Positions 27,907-37,725 of a DNA stretch of 56,998 nucleotides are shown piece by piece. Each line of letters starts with the position of its first letter. Position 1 is the first letter of the stretch. The translations under genes and the position numbers were made by a program. The notes beneath the pieces are model-generated. The model saw only the letters and a list, made by a program, of their open reading frames with translations, was not told the origin of the DNA and made no database searches. This DNA comes from Candidatus Cloacimonadota bacterium (lineage in GTDB: Bacteria > Cloacimonadota > Cloacimonadia > Cloacimonadales > PWNZ01): contig PWNZ01000174.1 of the NCBI GenBank assembly GCA_003564135.1, positions 1 to 56,998 on the forward strand. The letters run 5' to 3'.

Positions 27907-30180
27907 CTAGCACTTTGACCAGCCACAAAGATTGCACTTACGGCAGCCTTCACTATACTCTATAACACCGCCACAGTCAGGACAGGATCCACTGATTTTT
28001 CTATGCTGGCTAAGGTTGTTGCTGCTTTCTTCATTACTTGCTGCTCCCGGAACCGAATCGCCGTTAAATCCATTAAGCTTACCAGCTTTATAAAGTTTTA
28101 AGTATGAGTCTAAAGAGCGTGCAATAGCATCAGCACAAGAGGTGACAATAGTACCTTTAAACCACATAGGCGAGGGGCAGTGGATTCCTCTAAGTTGCTG
28201 GATCATTGACTCAACTTTAACATTTGACCGCAAACAAAGTGAAGCTAATCTGGCGAGAGCTTCTAATTGCGCTGACGGGCAACCCCCGACTTTGCCCATT
28301 TGTGTGAATACCTCAAAAGCACCTGTTTCGTCTGCGTTGATTGTAATATACAAGTGACCACATCCGGTTTCTATTTTTCGAGTAACACCACTCATGAATT
28401 CTGGTCTGGTTCTTGGTGTTATTCTGTCATCCGGTTCGGATTTGTCGGATTCTTTCTTCCCTACGCTCAATACTTGGTTTTGTCTACTGCCGTCCCGATA
28501 AACGGTTACACCTTTACATCCCAACTCATAAGCTAACAGAAAGCTTTTTCGGATATCGTCTTTAGTGGCTTTTTGTTTGAAGTTAATAGTCTTTGATACG
28601 GCATTATCACAATACTTTTGGAAGGCAGCTTGCATCTTGATATGCCATTCTGGAGTGATATCGTGCGAGGTAACAAAAGTCTTCTTGATTTCCGCAGGAA
28701 TTTCATCAATATCAGACAACGAACCTTTTTCGGCAATTTTTTCCATCAATGATTTAGAATAGATACCGGCTTTCTTGATTCTTTCTTCTAATACCGGGTT
28801 GACATAGAGTAGTTTTTCACCGTCCATAACGGTTTTAACATACACCAAAGAAAACTGTGGTTCGATGCCACCGGAGGTATTGCAGATCATACTTATTGTA
28901 CCTGTAGGCGCCACAGTGGTCACAGTAGCGTTGCGAATACCTTTTTCTTTGATCTTTTTTTTCAAGCTATCCCAGTCATTATTTTTGCCGTTTCTAATTA
29001 GCGAGCCTGTTTCGTAAATACTACCTTTAAAATTGGGGAATGTATCTTTGTTTACAGCAAGTTCGATCGATTTTTCTTTAGCTGTATAGTCAATAGCCTC
29101 CATCAAATCCTCCGCAAAGATAACAGCTTCGTCGCTATTGTATGGGATGTTCATCTTGAATAACAGATCGGCAAAACCCATAATACCTAAACCAATTTTC
29201 CTGTTTTCTTTGGCCATTTTATCAATTTCCAATAAGGGGAACTTAGATTTGTCGATTACACAATCAAGAAATTCCACAGCATCGCCAACAACTTTTGTCA
29301 AAATATCCCAATCGAACTCGTTATTCATAAAAAACTCTGAAACGTTTATTGAGCCTAAATTGCAAGCCTCATTTGGCAGTAAGGGTTGCTCGCCGCAGGG
29401 GTTTGTTGACTCTATCGCTCCTATGTGTGGGGTAGGGTTGAATCTATTTATACGGTCGATAAAGACGATTCCAGGTTCACCATTTTGGTGAGCTAAATCT
29501 ACTATCAAGTCAAAAATATCTTTTGCCTTGAGAGTGTCAGTTACCGCTCCTGAATGTGGAGAGACAAGATCAAAGGAGTTGTCTTTATATAAGGCCTCCA
29601 TGAAGCTGTCGGTAATGCCGACACTGAGATTAAAGTTAGTTAGTTCAGCTAGGTCGCTTTTTGCAGTCACGAATTCTATTATTTGAGGGTGGTCAATGTT
29701 TAGAATTGCCATATTGGCTCCTCGTCTCGTTCCACCTTGCTTGACTGCGTCAGTCGCCGAATTAAAAACTTTAATAAAGGAAATTGGTCCGCTGGACACA
29801 CCACTAGTGGTCTTAACGCGGGCATCAGTTTCTCTTAAACGGCTAAAGCTAAAACCGGTGCCGCCCCCTGATTTATGAATTAGCGCAGCATTTTTTATAC
29901 TGGTAAAAATGCTTTCTATGCTGTCTTCAACTGGGAGCACAAAACAGGCTGACAACTGTTGAAGGTCATTTCCAGCATTCATTAATGTGGGAGAGTTGGG
30001 AAGGAAATTTCCGGAGTCGAGTAGGGAGTAAAATTTATCATAAAGTTTGTCATCTCCACCACTAATATTATCGGCGACTCTTTGGATCATTTTCCCCCAA
30101 TCCTCTATGAGGTTGCCTTTGTTGTCCTTTTTATAGTACCTTTTTTCCAAAACGATTTTGGCATTTTCTGAAAGATTCAT
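27907..30180 (-). CDS. nrdJ: Class II (adenosylcobalamin-dependent) ribonucleotide reductase
   Basis: LPNSPTLMNAG, ACFVL, STNPCGEQPLLP and VAPTGTIS. The C-terminal zinc ribbon is CPDCGGVIEYSEGCRKCNLCGWSKC. A GGAG SD is present. Confidence 0.93.
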   Translation of the reverse strand: MNLSENAKIVLEKRYYKKDNKGNLIEDWGKMIQRVADNISGGDDKLYDKFYSLLDSGNFLPNSPTLMNAGNDLQQLSACFVLPVEDSIESIFTSIKNAALIHKSGGGTGFSFSRLRETDARVKTTSGVSSGPISFIKVFNSATDAVKQGGTRRGANMAILNIDHPQIIEFVTAKSDLAELTNFNLSVGITDSFMEALYKDNSFDLVSPHSGAVTDTLKAKDIFDLIVDLAHQNGEPGIVFIDRINRFNPTPHIGAIESTNPCGEQPLLPNEACNLGSINVSEFFMNNEFDWDILTKVVGDAVEFLDCVIDKSKFPLLEIDKMAKENRKIGLGIMGFADLLFKMNIPYNSDEAVIFAEDLMEAIDYTAKEKSIELAVNKDTFPNFKGSIYETGSLIRNGKNNDWDSLKKKIKEKGIRNATVTTVAPTGTISMICNTSGGIEPQFSLVYVKTVMDGEKLLYVNPVLEERIKKAGIYSKSLMEKIAEKGSLSDIDEIPAEIKKTFVTSHDITPEWHIKMQAAFQKYCDNAVSKTINFKQKATKDDIRKSFLLAYELGCKGVTVYRDGSRQNQVLSVGKKESDKSEPDDRITPRTRPEFMSGVTRKIETGCGHLYITINADETGAFEVFTQMGKVGGCPSAQLEALARLASLCLRSNVKVESMIQQLRGIHCPSPMWFKGTIVTSCADAIARSLDSYLKLYKAGKLNGFNGDSVPGAASNEESSNNLSQHRKISGSCPDCGGVIEYSEGCRKCNLCGWSKC

Positions 30181-30393
30181 TGCTTAACTCCATTTATGTA
30201 TCTAGTTTTTCAATTTATTTAAAAACCGTCGCTCAAGAGCCCTTACAAAGCGGGATGAGCACGAAAAGATTTCCCAAAACAAACATAAGAACCCGTCTTC
30301 TGGCACCCTAAGTAACAGCTGAAACTCTATGTCAGATATGGAAATCTTCTCTTTATCTATAGATTAATCGAGATAGATTGTTCAAGTTGGTTT

Positions 30394-31767
30394 TTATGTC
30401 AATGACTTATCACAAATTTCATCCAAGGTGATGAAGGAGCCGTCTTTTTTAGTCCCATGAGAGTATATCTTTTTAAATACACTTTTTCGATAAGCGGTTA
30501 CCCTAATGCAGTCAAGAAGGTGGAGTGCTGTGTAAAGAGACTTTTTTTTGCGACTGAGTTTTATACTATTCGCTTGATTGTCGATTGCAAAGATCTTTTC
30601 AATAATAGAGATAAAAAAAGTTCGGTCTTTGCTTTGAGACTCTTTTGTGTCAGACATTTTAATAGCTTTTGCCGGGGGGATCTCAAGAATAGGATAAGGC
30701 CGGTTTTCCCGGATGTTGAAAGGTGTGTAAGGAAGAGCAGTGCCGGCACGGTAACCTCTATTATTAAAGAAGAGAGAGCAATCATAAGCGATGCTCGTCT
30801 CTTCAAGAATATCAAGTAGCTTAGAATAATGGGAACCAAGATTAATGTGACAAAATCCACTAACTAAGCTATCATCACCGCCATATATTTCTAAAGAGTT
30901 GTTAATAGCATCGGTCTTAGGCATTTCGGTGGTAAAAATTGCTATGTCATGATGACTAAGGTTTTTTTTCTTGTTTTTTTTATCTATTTTTATCAAACTG
31001 TGAACAGCCTTTATCGAAGAGGGGATCTCTTGTTCAACCCGAATTAACGGGAGGAAAAAAGTCGATGATATGCCCTTTTTGTTTTCAAAATTCAGGATAG
31101 CCTCTATCAAACGAATGACTTTTTTTAAGGGAGGTGGGTTTTCTTTATTACTGTAATTTAATAAGTCAGAAATGTGGGCTAAGGACAAGGAAAGACTAGT
31201 ATCCGTTAAAAATTTATTCTCTCTCTGATAACCGACCATAACTTTTCTTACCGCATACAGGAAGATCTCACAATATCTGTCAACTACTGGTAGGTCAGCA
31301 AATCCGGATGTTATAGCCGTGTTAAAATCTGCGGCCAGCTGTCTTTTTTTTTGCTTGTATCCATGAGTATATTCATCCCAACAGCTTAAAAAGTAGAAGG
31401 CCGAGGCTATAATATCTTTCCTCAAGATTATTTTGTCTTTAGGGTAGTGAAAGATAGGGCCTTTACGCGAAAAAAGGAATGGTAGATGTTCATCATGGAA
31501 CATATAGTAATGAATGTTTCTTGTTTCATAAGGACTTCTATTCTCGTAAAAGAGGGCTGTGTTAGGATCATAACGAATCTCTATCGGGTAATCTTCTTTT
31601 GTTTCTATGCCATAATAAATATGGATATCATCTAAGGAAAAACCGTAGAAAAACTCAGGCTGTAAACCTACCGTCTTGCAAAAAGCACGAAAGATATACT
31701 CTGCTTTTGGCACGTAGCTTTTTTTTACATTAAGCAGGATGTTTAGTTTGCGGCTTACTTCATCCAT
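30394..31767 (-). CDS. Hypothetical protein, possibly polysaccharide-deacetylase-like; translationally coupled to lon
   Basis: 457 aa. Its ATG lies inside the lon stop region (ATGGATGA, 8-nt overlap). KKGISSTFFLPL weakly resembles the NodB-type TFF block, but the metal-binding D/H motifs are not evident. Confidence 0.6.
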   Translation of the reverse strand: MDEVSRKLNILLNVKKSYVPKAEYIFRAFCKTVGLQPEFFYGFSLDDIHIYYGIETKEDYPIEIRYDPNTALFYENRSPYETRNIHYYMFHDEHLPFLFSRKGPIFHYPKDKIILRKDIIASAFYFLSCWDEYTHGYKQKKRQLAADFNTAITSGFADLPVVDRYCEIFLYAVRKVMVGYQRENKFLTDTSLSLSLAHISDLLNYSNKENPPPLKKVIRLIEAILNFENKKGISSTFFLPLIRVEQEIPSSIKAVHSLIKIDKKNKKKNLSHHDIAIFTTEMPKTDAINNSLEIYGGDDSLVSGFCHINLGSHYSKLLDILEETSIAYDCSLFFNNRGYRAGTALPYTPFNIRENRPYPILEIPPAKAIKMSDTKESQSKDRTFFISIIEKIFAIDNQANSIKLSRKKKSLYTALHLLDCIRVTAYRKSVFKKIYSHGTKKDGSFITLDEICDKSLT

Positions 31768-34129
31768 TAGTGCTCACTGTTTCATTTGATTCATCAACAA
31801 CATGTTTTAGGACTTCTGTATACTTGTCCACAAAAACTGTTTTTAGACCTCTACGGATGTCTATGTCTAAATCTTCGTAATTGTCGAGGTTGTCTTGAGG
31901 TAAGATAACGGTTTTTACACCTGCTCTTTTTGCAGCCAACAGCTTTTCTTTTAGACCTCCTACCGGCAAAATTTTTCCTTTTAGCGTCAGCTCTCCTGTC
32001 ATAGCAATATCCGGTTTAATCCTCTTCTCTGTCAAGAGTGAAACAATAGCTGTTGTTAGGGTTATCCCTGCTGAAGGCCCATCTTTCGGGGTGGCTCCAG
32101 CCGGAAGGTGAATATGAAAGTCCATATTGTCTAAGTCTTTCGGGCCTATCTCAAAAACATCATGGTTACCTTTAATATAATTGAAGGCGATTGTCGCCGA
32201 TTCTTTCATTATCTCGCCCAGTAAGCCGGTTAAGATCAGATTTCCCTTTCCGGGAATTTTTATTGCTTCGCAAAACATAATCTCACCGCCAAAGGGTGTC
32301 CAAGCCAGACCGGTTACTACGCCTATTTCCGGTTTTTTAGAAGCTATTTCGACAGAATACTTTTTTCTGCCCAAGTAACATCTTAGATTCTTAGCGGTAG
32401 CAAAATGCCTTTTTGTTTCTCCCATGGCTTTTCTTTTTGCTACTTTTCTCATAACAGAAGCTATGATCCTTTGCAGGTTCCTTACCCCCGCTTCACGAAC
32501 ATAGTAGCGGATCATTTCTGTTAGAGCTGATTCACTAAATCTGATGTCATTACCGGTTAGGCCGTTATTCGCCAATTCTTTCGGGACTAAATATTTTTTC
32601 GCTATATAGACCTTTTCATCTTCCACATAACTGGTAAACTCCAGAACTTCCATACGGTCTTTTAGAGCTGGGGGTATAGTGTCAAGCGTGTTAGCGGTGG
32701 TGATAAATATAACTTCCGACAGATCGAATTTGAGATTAAGGAAATTATCGGTAAACTCCGAATTTTGTTCCGGATCAAGAACCTCTAGTAGTGCAGAGGC
32801 CGGATCACCTCTAAAGTCTGTTCCTATTTTATCTATTTCATCCAACATAAATATAGGATTTGCTTTGCCACACCTTTTTATCTCGTTTATTATTTTCCCT
32901 GGCATTGCCCCGATATATGTTCTTCTGTGACCTCTGATTTCCGCTTCATCGTGAATCCCGCCTAAAGAGATTCGAGTGAACTTGCGATTGAGCGACCTGG
33001 CAATAGACTTGCCAAAAGAAGTTTTACCGACTCCGGGAGGCCCCACGAAGCATAATATAGGGATTTTCAATTTACGAGTAAGCTTTTTTACGGCAATATA
33101 TTCGGTAACCCTTTCTTTTACTTTTTGCAGTCCATAATGATCAGTTTCTAGTATTCTCTCAATTTTTGGGATGTCCAATCTGTCTGTTGTATAGTCAGTC
33201 CAGGGGAGGTTTACTATCCATTCTAAATAATTTAATATTGTGCTATACTCCGGAGATGCCGGAGACATAGTTGCCAGTTTATCCAGCTCGCCAAACGCCT
33301 CATCTTCTACATAGAAAGGAAGGTCAGCTTCTTCAATTCTTTCTTTCCAGAGGATGATTTCCTGGTCATATTCCTCGGGTTCTCCTAATTCTCTTTTAAT
33401 AATAGCCAGTTGTTCTCTTAAAAAAAATCTCTTTTGGCTCTCTTCCATCTCTAATTCAATATCGTTTCGGATGCTATTTTCTAATCTCACCTGCCTGATC
33501 TGTTCTGCTAAGTACTTGTTAAGTTTCTCGAATCTCTCTTTCAACGCGACAGTTTGTAATATGTCCTGCTTATGATGCATGTCAATCAGGACATTCCCGG
33601 CGATTATGTCGGCCACTCTGCCGGACTGATCAATGTTTCTTAGGCTAAGAGATATTTCGTTATATGTGTCCTGTGTTTCGAAACTTAGCCTCTCGATTAG
33701 CTCCATAGAGACATTTCTTAAAGCATTTATTTTTGGTGAGTGTTCCAGATTTTCTGCAATAGGGTGAACGTCAGCTATCGAAAAAGGAGATTTTTGGATT
33801 TCCTGCTCCACCTTTATTCTGGAAACTCCCTGAAACATTAAACTGATCGAATCATCATTGTTCCGAACCATTCTCAAGATTGTTGCTGCTGTACCGATAG
33901 TGTGATAATCACACTCTGACTGGCGGCCGATTTTTCTGGAGTCTTTTGTTAAAAAGAAACCGATCAACTCTTCATTTGATAGTGAATACTCAATAATTCT
34001 CTTCAATTTTGTTTCTGTTACTGTCAGAGGGATAAGCAGGTAAGGAAACATCACGATATTATTCAGATTTATAATCGGTAATGATCGTGGTATACGGCGC
34101 TTGTCTGGGACCATATTATCATACTCCAT
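31760..34129 (-). CDS. lon: ATP-dependent Lon protease (LonA)
   Basis: N-terminal LON domain, Walker A GPPGVGKTS, Walker B FMLDEIDK, and the protease Ser block PKDGPSAGIT with a downstream lysine. Confidence 0.97.
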   Translation of the reverse strand: MEYDNMVPDKRRIPRSLPIINLNNIVMFPYLLIPLTVTETKLKRIIEYSLSNEELIGFFLTKDSRKIGRQSECDYHTIGTAATILRMVRNNDDSISLMFQGVSRIKVEQEIQKSPFSIADVHPIAENLEHSPKINALRNVSMELIERLSFETQDTYNEISLSLRNIDQSGRVADIIAGNVLIDMHHKQDILQTVALKERFEKLNKYLAEQIRQVRLENSIRNDIELEMEESQKRFFLREQLAIIKRELGEPEEYDQEIILWKERIEEADLPFYVEDEAFGELDKLATMSPASPEYSTILNYLEWIVNLPWTDYTTDRLDIPKIERILETDHYGLQKVKERVTEYIAVKKLTRKLKIPILCFVGPPGVGKTSFGKSIARSLNRKFTRISLGGIHDEAEIRGHRRTYIGAMPGKIINEIKRCGKANPIFMLDEIDKIGTDFRGDPASALLEVLDPEQNSEFTDNFLNLKFDLSEVIFITTANTLDTIPPALKDRMEVLEFTSYVEDEKVYIAKKYLVPKELANNGLTGNDIRFSESALTEMIRYYVREAGVRNLQRIIASVMRKVAKRKAMGETKRHFATAKNLRCYLGRKKYSVEIASKKPEIGVVTGLAWTPFGGEIMFCEAIKIPGKGNLILTGLLGEIMKESATIAFNYIKGNHDVFEIGPKDLDNMDFHIHLPAGATPKDGPSAGITLTTAIVSLLTEKRIKPDIAMTGELTLKGKILPVGGLKEKLLAAKRAGVKTVILPQDNLDNYEDLDIDIRRGLKTVFVDKYTEVLKHVVDESNETVSTNG

Positions 34130-34149
34130 TGGTTTATGCTAAAATGTAG

Positions 34150-35364
34150 TCAAAGTACTTTTCTGATAACATCTAGCGGCTGCATATTATTGATCCTACG
34201 AAGAGGTAAAAGGCTTGCAGAGTAAGTTATAATTAGAACAATTAGTGAAACAATAGCAAAATCTCTGCCGGAAAAAGATACCGGTAGCCACTGAACAGGA
34301 AAACCCGGTACAGGAATCTCTACCAGCTTATAGTTGTCCTGAACAAAAATAAATACTGATGAAATTACCATGCCTATAATAGCTCCTGTTAAGCCTATGA
34401 CCATATTTGCTGCCAAAAAGCTGCGGCTGATCCTGCTCTGTTTCATTCCTATAGCTTTCAGGACGCCAATCTCCTTTTGCTTTTCTGAGACAAGTCTAAT
34501 TGAAGAACAGGCCATATTGAAGCCGGAAATTAGAATCATCAAGGTCAGTACTGTCATCATAACGGTTTTCTCTAAGCGCATAGCAGCAAACAAACTTCGA
34601 TCAAAACTACTCCAATCTTCAACCATATAGTTATCGTTCAATTTATTAGATAAACTGGTGGCTACTCTTTGGGATCGATGTGGATTGGTGATTTTCACTG
34701 ATAACATATCGACCTGGTCAATATTTCCTGAGAAAAACTGACCGGTCGACAAAGGAATATATGTGTATCCCTTATCGTACTGGGGCATGCCGGAAGAAAA
34801 AATGCCAACTACCTTAAGCTCTCTGGTCTTGGGAAGCATCCCGAAAGGCGTAGGTCTTCTGTTCAAAGGCGAAGAGACTCTAACATATTCACCGACTGTC
34901 GCTCCAATTTCAAAAGAAAGATCAAGCCCTATAATGATAGTATCTTTATTGTGCGCAAACTCCTCCAGTGAGCCAATCTGTATTTGGCTGTCTAGTTCAG
35001 TGACAGTTAGATGCTTACTTGTTTCTATACCAAAGGCTTCTACTACGGCGATTTGCTCTCCCTTTTGGATCAACAGCTCATTTTTGACAACCGGTGAGAC
35101 ACCCACTACACCCCGAGATTCAGCTATTGCGGCTGCAAGCCGGTGGTAATCGGCAATTGGCTGATTATTCTCTCCGTAAACGTGGATTTCTGCTTTTGTG
35201 CCTATTATTCTGTTCATCATGTCATCCCGCAATCCGTTCATAACGCTGGAAACTATTAACAAGGCAATAACTCCGATAATAATACCGACGAGCGATAAAA
35301 GATGAGTTGACTTCAGCGTCTTACCCTTGCCAAATAGCAATCTTTTAGTTAGAACGGAGGACAT
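34150..35364 (-). CDS. LolC/LolE-like ABC transporter permease (FtsX/MacB type)
   Basis: N-terminal TM helix, a large periplasmic domain, and a C-terminal FtsX-type 3-TM bundle (VLKAIGMKQSRI...). Confidence 0.85.
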   Translation of the reverse strand: MSSVLTKRLLFGKGKTLKSTHLLSLVGIIIGVIALLIVSSVMNGLRDDMMNRIIGTKAEIHVYGENNQPIADYHRLAAAIAESRGVVGVSPVVKNELLIQKGEQIAVVEAFGIETSKHLTVTELDSQIQIGSLEEFAHNKDTIIIGLDLSFEIGATVGEYVRVSSPLNRRPTPFGMLPKTRELKVVGIFSSGMPQYDKGYTYIPLSTGQFFSGNIDQVDMLSVKITNPHRSQRVATSLSNKLNDNYMVEDWSSFDRSLFAAMRLEKTVMMTVLTLMILISGFNMACSSIRLVSEKQKEIGVLKAIGMKQSRISRSFLAANMVIGLTGAIIGMVISSVFIFVQDNYKLVEIPVPGFPVQWLPVSFSGRDFAIVSLIVLIITYSASLLPLRRINNMQPLDVIRKVL

Positions 35365-35372
35365 AAATAAGC

Positions 35373-36869
35373 TTATTTTTCCGGCTTCATTTGTGGAAAG
35401 AGAATTACCTCTTTAATTGACGTATTGTCTGTGAAAAGCATTGTTAGCCTATCTATACCTATGCCTAAACCTCCTGTTGGAGGCATCCCGTATTCTATGG
35501 CCAGCAGAAAGTCTTCGTCCATTGGGGAAGCTTCTACATCGCCGCCTTCACGCATCTTGGCTTGAGCCAGCAATCTTTCTTTTTGGTCAATTGGATCATT
35601 CAACTCACTGAAGGCATTGCCTGTTTCTTGACCGGCGATAAAAAGTTCAAACCTTTCGACAAACATGGGATTATCATGTCTGCTTTTTGCTAATGGTGAT
35701 ACTTCTTTGGGGAAATCTGTAACAAATGTCGGTTGAATTAATTCCTTTTCAACGTAATGTTCAAAAAGTTCGATTATCAAGACGCCCGGTGTAGTCTCAG
35801 AAGGAATCTCTAAATCGTTTTCTTTGAAGAAAGCCAGCATTTTATGGCTGTCACAATCAGAGACATCTAAACCTGTCTTTTCTTTTATGAGCTCTATCAT
35901 ACTTCTTCTTGCCCAGGGACGTTTAAATGATATTGTGTGTTTGCCAAACCGGATATCATCACTATTATTAAGCTCAATTGCTAAGCCGTTGATCATCGCT
36001 TCGGTGATATCCATCATCGTATTGTAATCGCCATAAGCTTCATATAGCTCAAGCATAGTAAATTCGGGGTTGTGAGATCTGTCCATCCCTTCATTGCGAA
36101 AGTCTTTACCTATCTCATAAACCTTTTCAAAACCACCGACAATCAATCTTTTCAGATATAGCTCGGTCGCAATTCTTAAGTATAAATCAATATCCAAAGT
36201 GTTGTGATGGGTGATAAATGGCCGAGCGTAAGCCCCGCCGTAAATGGGCTGGAGGGTAGGGGTCTCAACTTCGATGAATTCTTTTTTGTTGAGAAAATTC
36301 CTGATAAAAGTAATGATATTGGCCCTTTTGATGAAGGTGGATTTAATCTCCGGATTCAGTAGGATGTCTAGATAACGACGCCGATAACGCAATTCTATGT
36401 CGGCAAACTCATCATACCTGACGGCTTTACCATCTACCATCTTTTCCTTTACTGTCGGGATAGGCCTTAAAGTTTTTGTCAGGATCTTTACGCTATGACA
36501 CAAAAGTGAGTACTCGCCTCTCTCGGTGACGACAGCTATCCCTTCCGCTTGAACAAAATCGCCCAGATCGCATAATTTGTATATTTCATAATCATCAGCT
36601 CCAACTTTATCGTATCTGACGTATAACTGAATCTTTCCCGACATATCTTCAATATTAGCAAAACCGAGCTTCCCATGTCTCCTGATGGCGATAATGCGAC
36701 CTGTGATAGTGACGCTTTCTTTATCTTCAAGCAGCTGGTCTTTATGCTTATGAAGGTAAGATATTTTATGTGTTCTTTCACTGTTATTTGGGTAGGGGTC
36801 TATACCTAGTTTCCGTATCTTTTTGAGCTTATCTCTCTTCAGGTTGATGATCTGCGATTCGTTTTGCAT
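35373..36869 (-). CDS. lysS: Lysyl-tRNA synthetase (class II)
   Basis: OB anticodon-binding domain and class II motifs (FRNEG.., YGMPPTGGLGIGIDRL). The second ATG (MQNESQ) is preferred because the first ATG sits inside the GGAG SD. Confidence 0.95.
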   Translation of the reverse strand: MQNESQIINLKRDKLKKIRKLGIDPYPNNSERTHKISYLHKHKDQLLEDKESVTITGRIIAIRRHGKLGFANIEDMSGKIQLYVRYDKVGADDYEIYKLCDLGDFVQAEGIAVVTERGEYSLLCHSVKILTKTLRPIPTVKEKMVDGKAVRYDEFADIELRYRRRYLDILLNPEIKSTFIKRANIITFIRNFLNKKEFIEVETPTLQPIYGGAYARPFITHHNTLDIDLYLRIATELYLKRLIVGGFEKVYEIGKDFRNEGMDRSHNPEFTMLELYEAYGDYNTMMDITEAMINGLAIELNNSDDIRFGKHTISFKRPWARRSMIELIKEKTGLDVSDCDSHKMLAFFKENDLEIPSETTPGVLIIELFEHYVEKELIQPTFVTDFPKEVSPLAKSRHDNPMFVERFELFIAGQETGNAFSELNDPIDQKERLLAQAKMREGGDVEASPMDEDFLLAIEYGMPPTGGLGIGIDRLTMLFTDNTSIKEVILFPQMKPEK

Positions 36870-37270
36870 GTGTATCTCCATATATATTTGTTATTAACAG
36901 CCACCCTTGATGCCTCTAAAAATCACAACAGGATAACTTCACAAGTCATGTTAATTATTAATAGTTAACTCTAACCGAACCAAAGATTTATCTCTCACGG
37001 GTAATGTCAAGAATTAAGAAAAGATCTCTAAGAAGACTACTCTGTTTAAAAGAGTCACCAGTGACTTGTCCCGCAGCCGCATTGAATGATCTGCGGGATA
37101 AACTAATTGTAATAGGTGAATCTATGGCTCGATTGATGCTGATAGGAAAAGCGTTTCCCTAGATATTGGATGTTGGTGGTCAAGGTATTCAGCCCATACC
37201 ATTATTTTGACAAAACATAGGGAACACTCATGATAGAAATATTTGATACTCAGGGGAATGATTAAAATTA

Positions 37271-37494
37271 CCGACTGAAGTCAGCGATCCGGTTCACCTT
37301 ACACAATTTTAAACCGCGATCTGTACGGACAGGACACCCTGATGAAATAAAAAAAGAAGATTCTCCAGGACACCGTGCCTGTCCCTAATCTAAACAGCGA
37401 AGCACTAAACCTTCTAAACTTTTTCATTCTTCATTGTTTTTTCATTCGTGTTCATTTGTGGGTAAAAATTTGGTTCCGGCTTGTCCGGTCTAGG
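37271..37494 (-). repeat. Copy A of the modular intergenic repeat (5' and core modules; hairpin module collapsed)
   Basis: The reverse complement begins cctagaccggacaagccggaaccaaa. It runs through gaatgaaaaa..tttagtgcttcgctgtttagat..gggacaggcacggtgtcc..ggtttaaaattgtgtaaggtgaaccggatcgctgac. It aligns with 54818-55006 and 56624-56837. Confidence 0.85.
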
Positions 37495-37725
37495 ACCCTT
37501 GACAAACAACCTGTAACCAAATAGCAGTCTGAACCGACCGTTGCTGATGTCGAAGGTCAGTCCTCTCTTTCAGCGGTAAATCCAGATTTGCAAGCAGACC
37601 TTATTGATTATGACATTTAATGGCTAAAACGGATTAGAGAGTGCTTCAATGAAGGCCCAAAACACCCAGCATTAGTCGTCCACTCAGGAGGATAAGGTTT
37701 TAGGCCTTCAAAAGTCCATGCCTCA

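Noticed and set aside
30181-30393. Cobalamin riboswitch or NrdR operator upstream of nrdJ
   Set aside because: The leader has GGGAAA...CCCGC...TTTGTAAG fragments but lacks the GGTG..AA..CC core and the B12 box (GCCACTG). B12 riboswitches normally control B12-independent reductases. The palindrome atctatagat (30354-30363) and the nested atctat-N12-atagat do not match the NrdR box core. It is left as an unexplained palindrome only.
36882-37725. Housekeeping ncRNA (RNase P, tmRNA, SRP or 6S) in the long intergenic gap
   Set aside because: By eye there is no GGAAAGTCCGGGC-type RNase P core, no tRNA-like tmRNA 3' end and no SRP GGAA/AGCA domain-IV motif. The only aaagtcc match (about 37700) lacks the surrounding conserved context.
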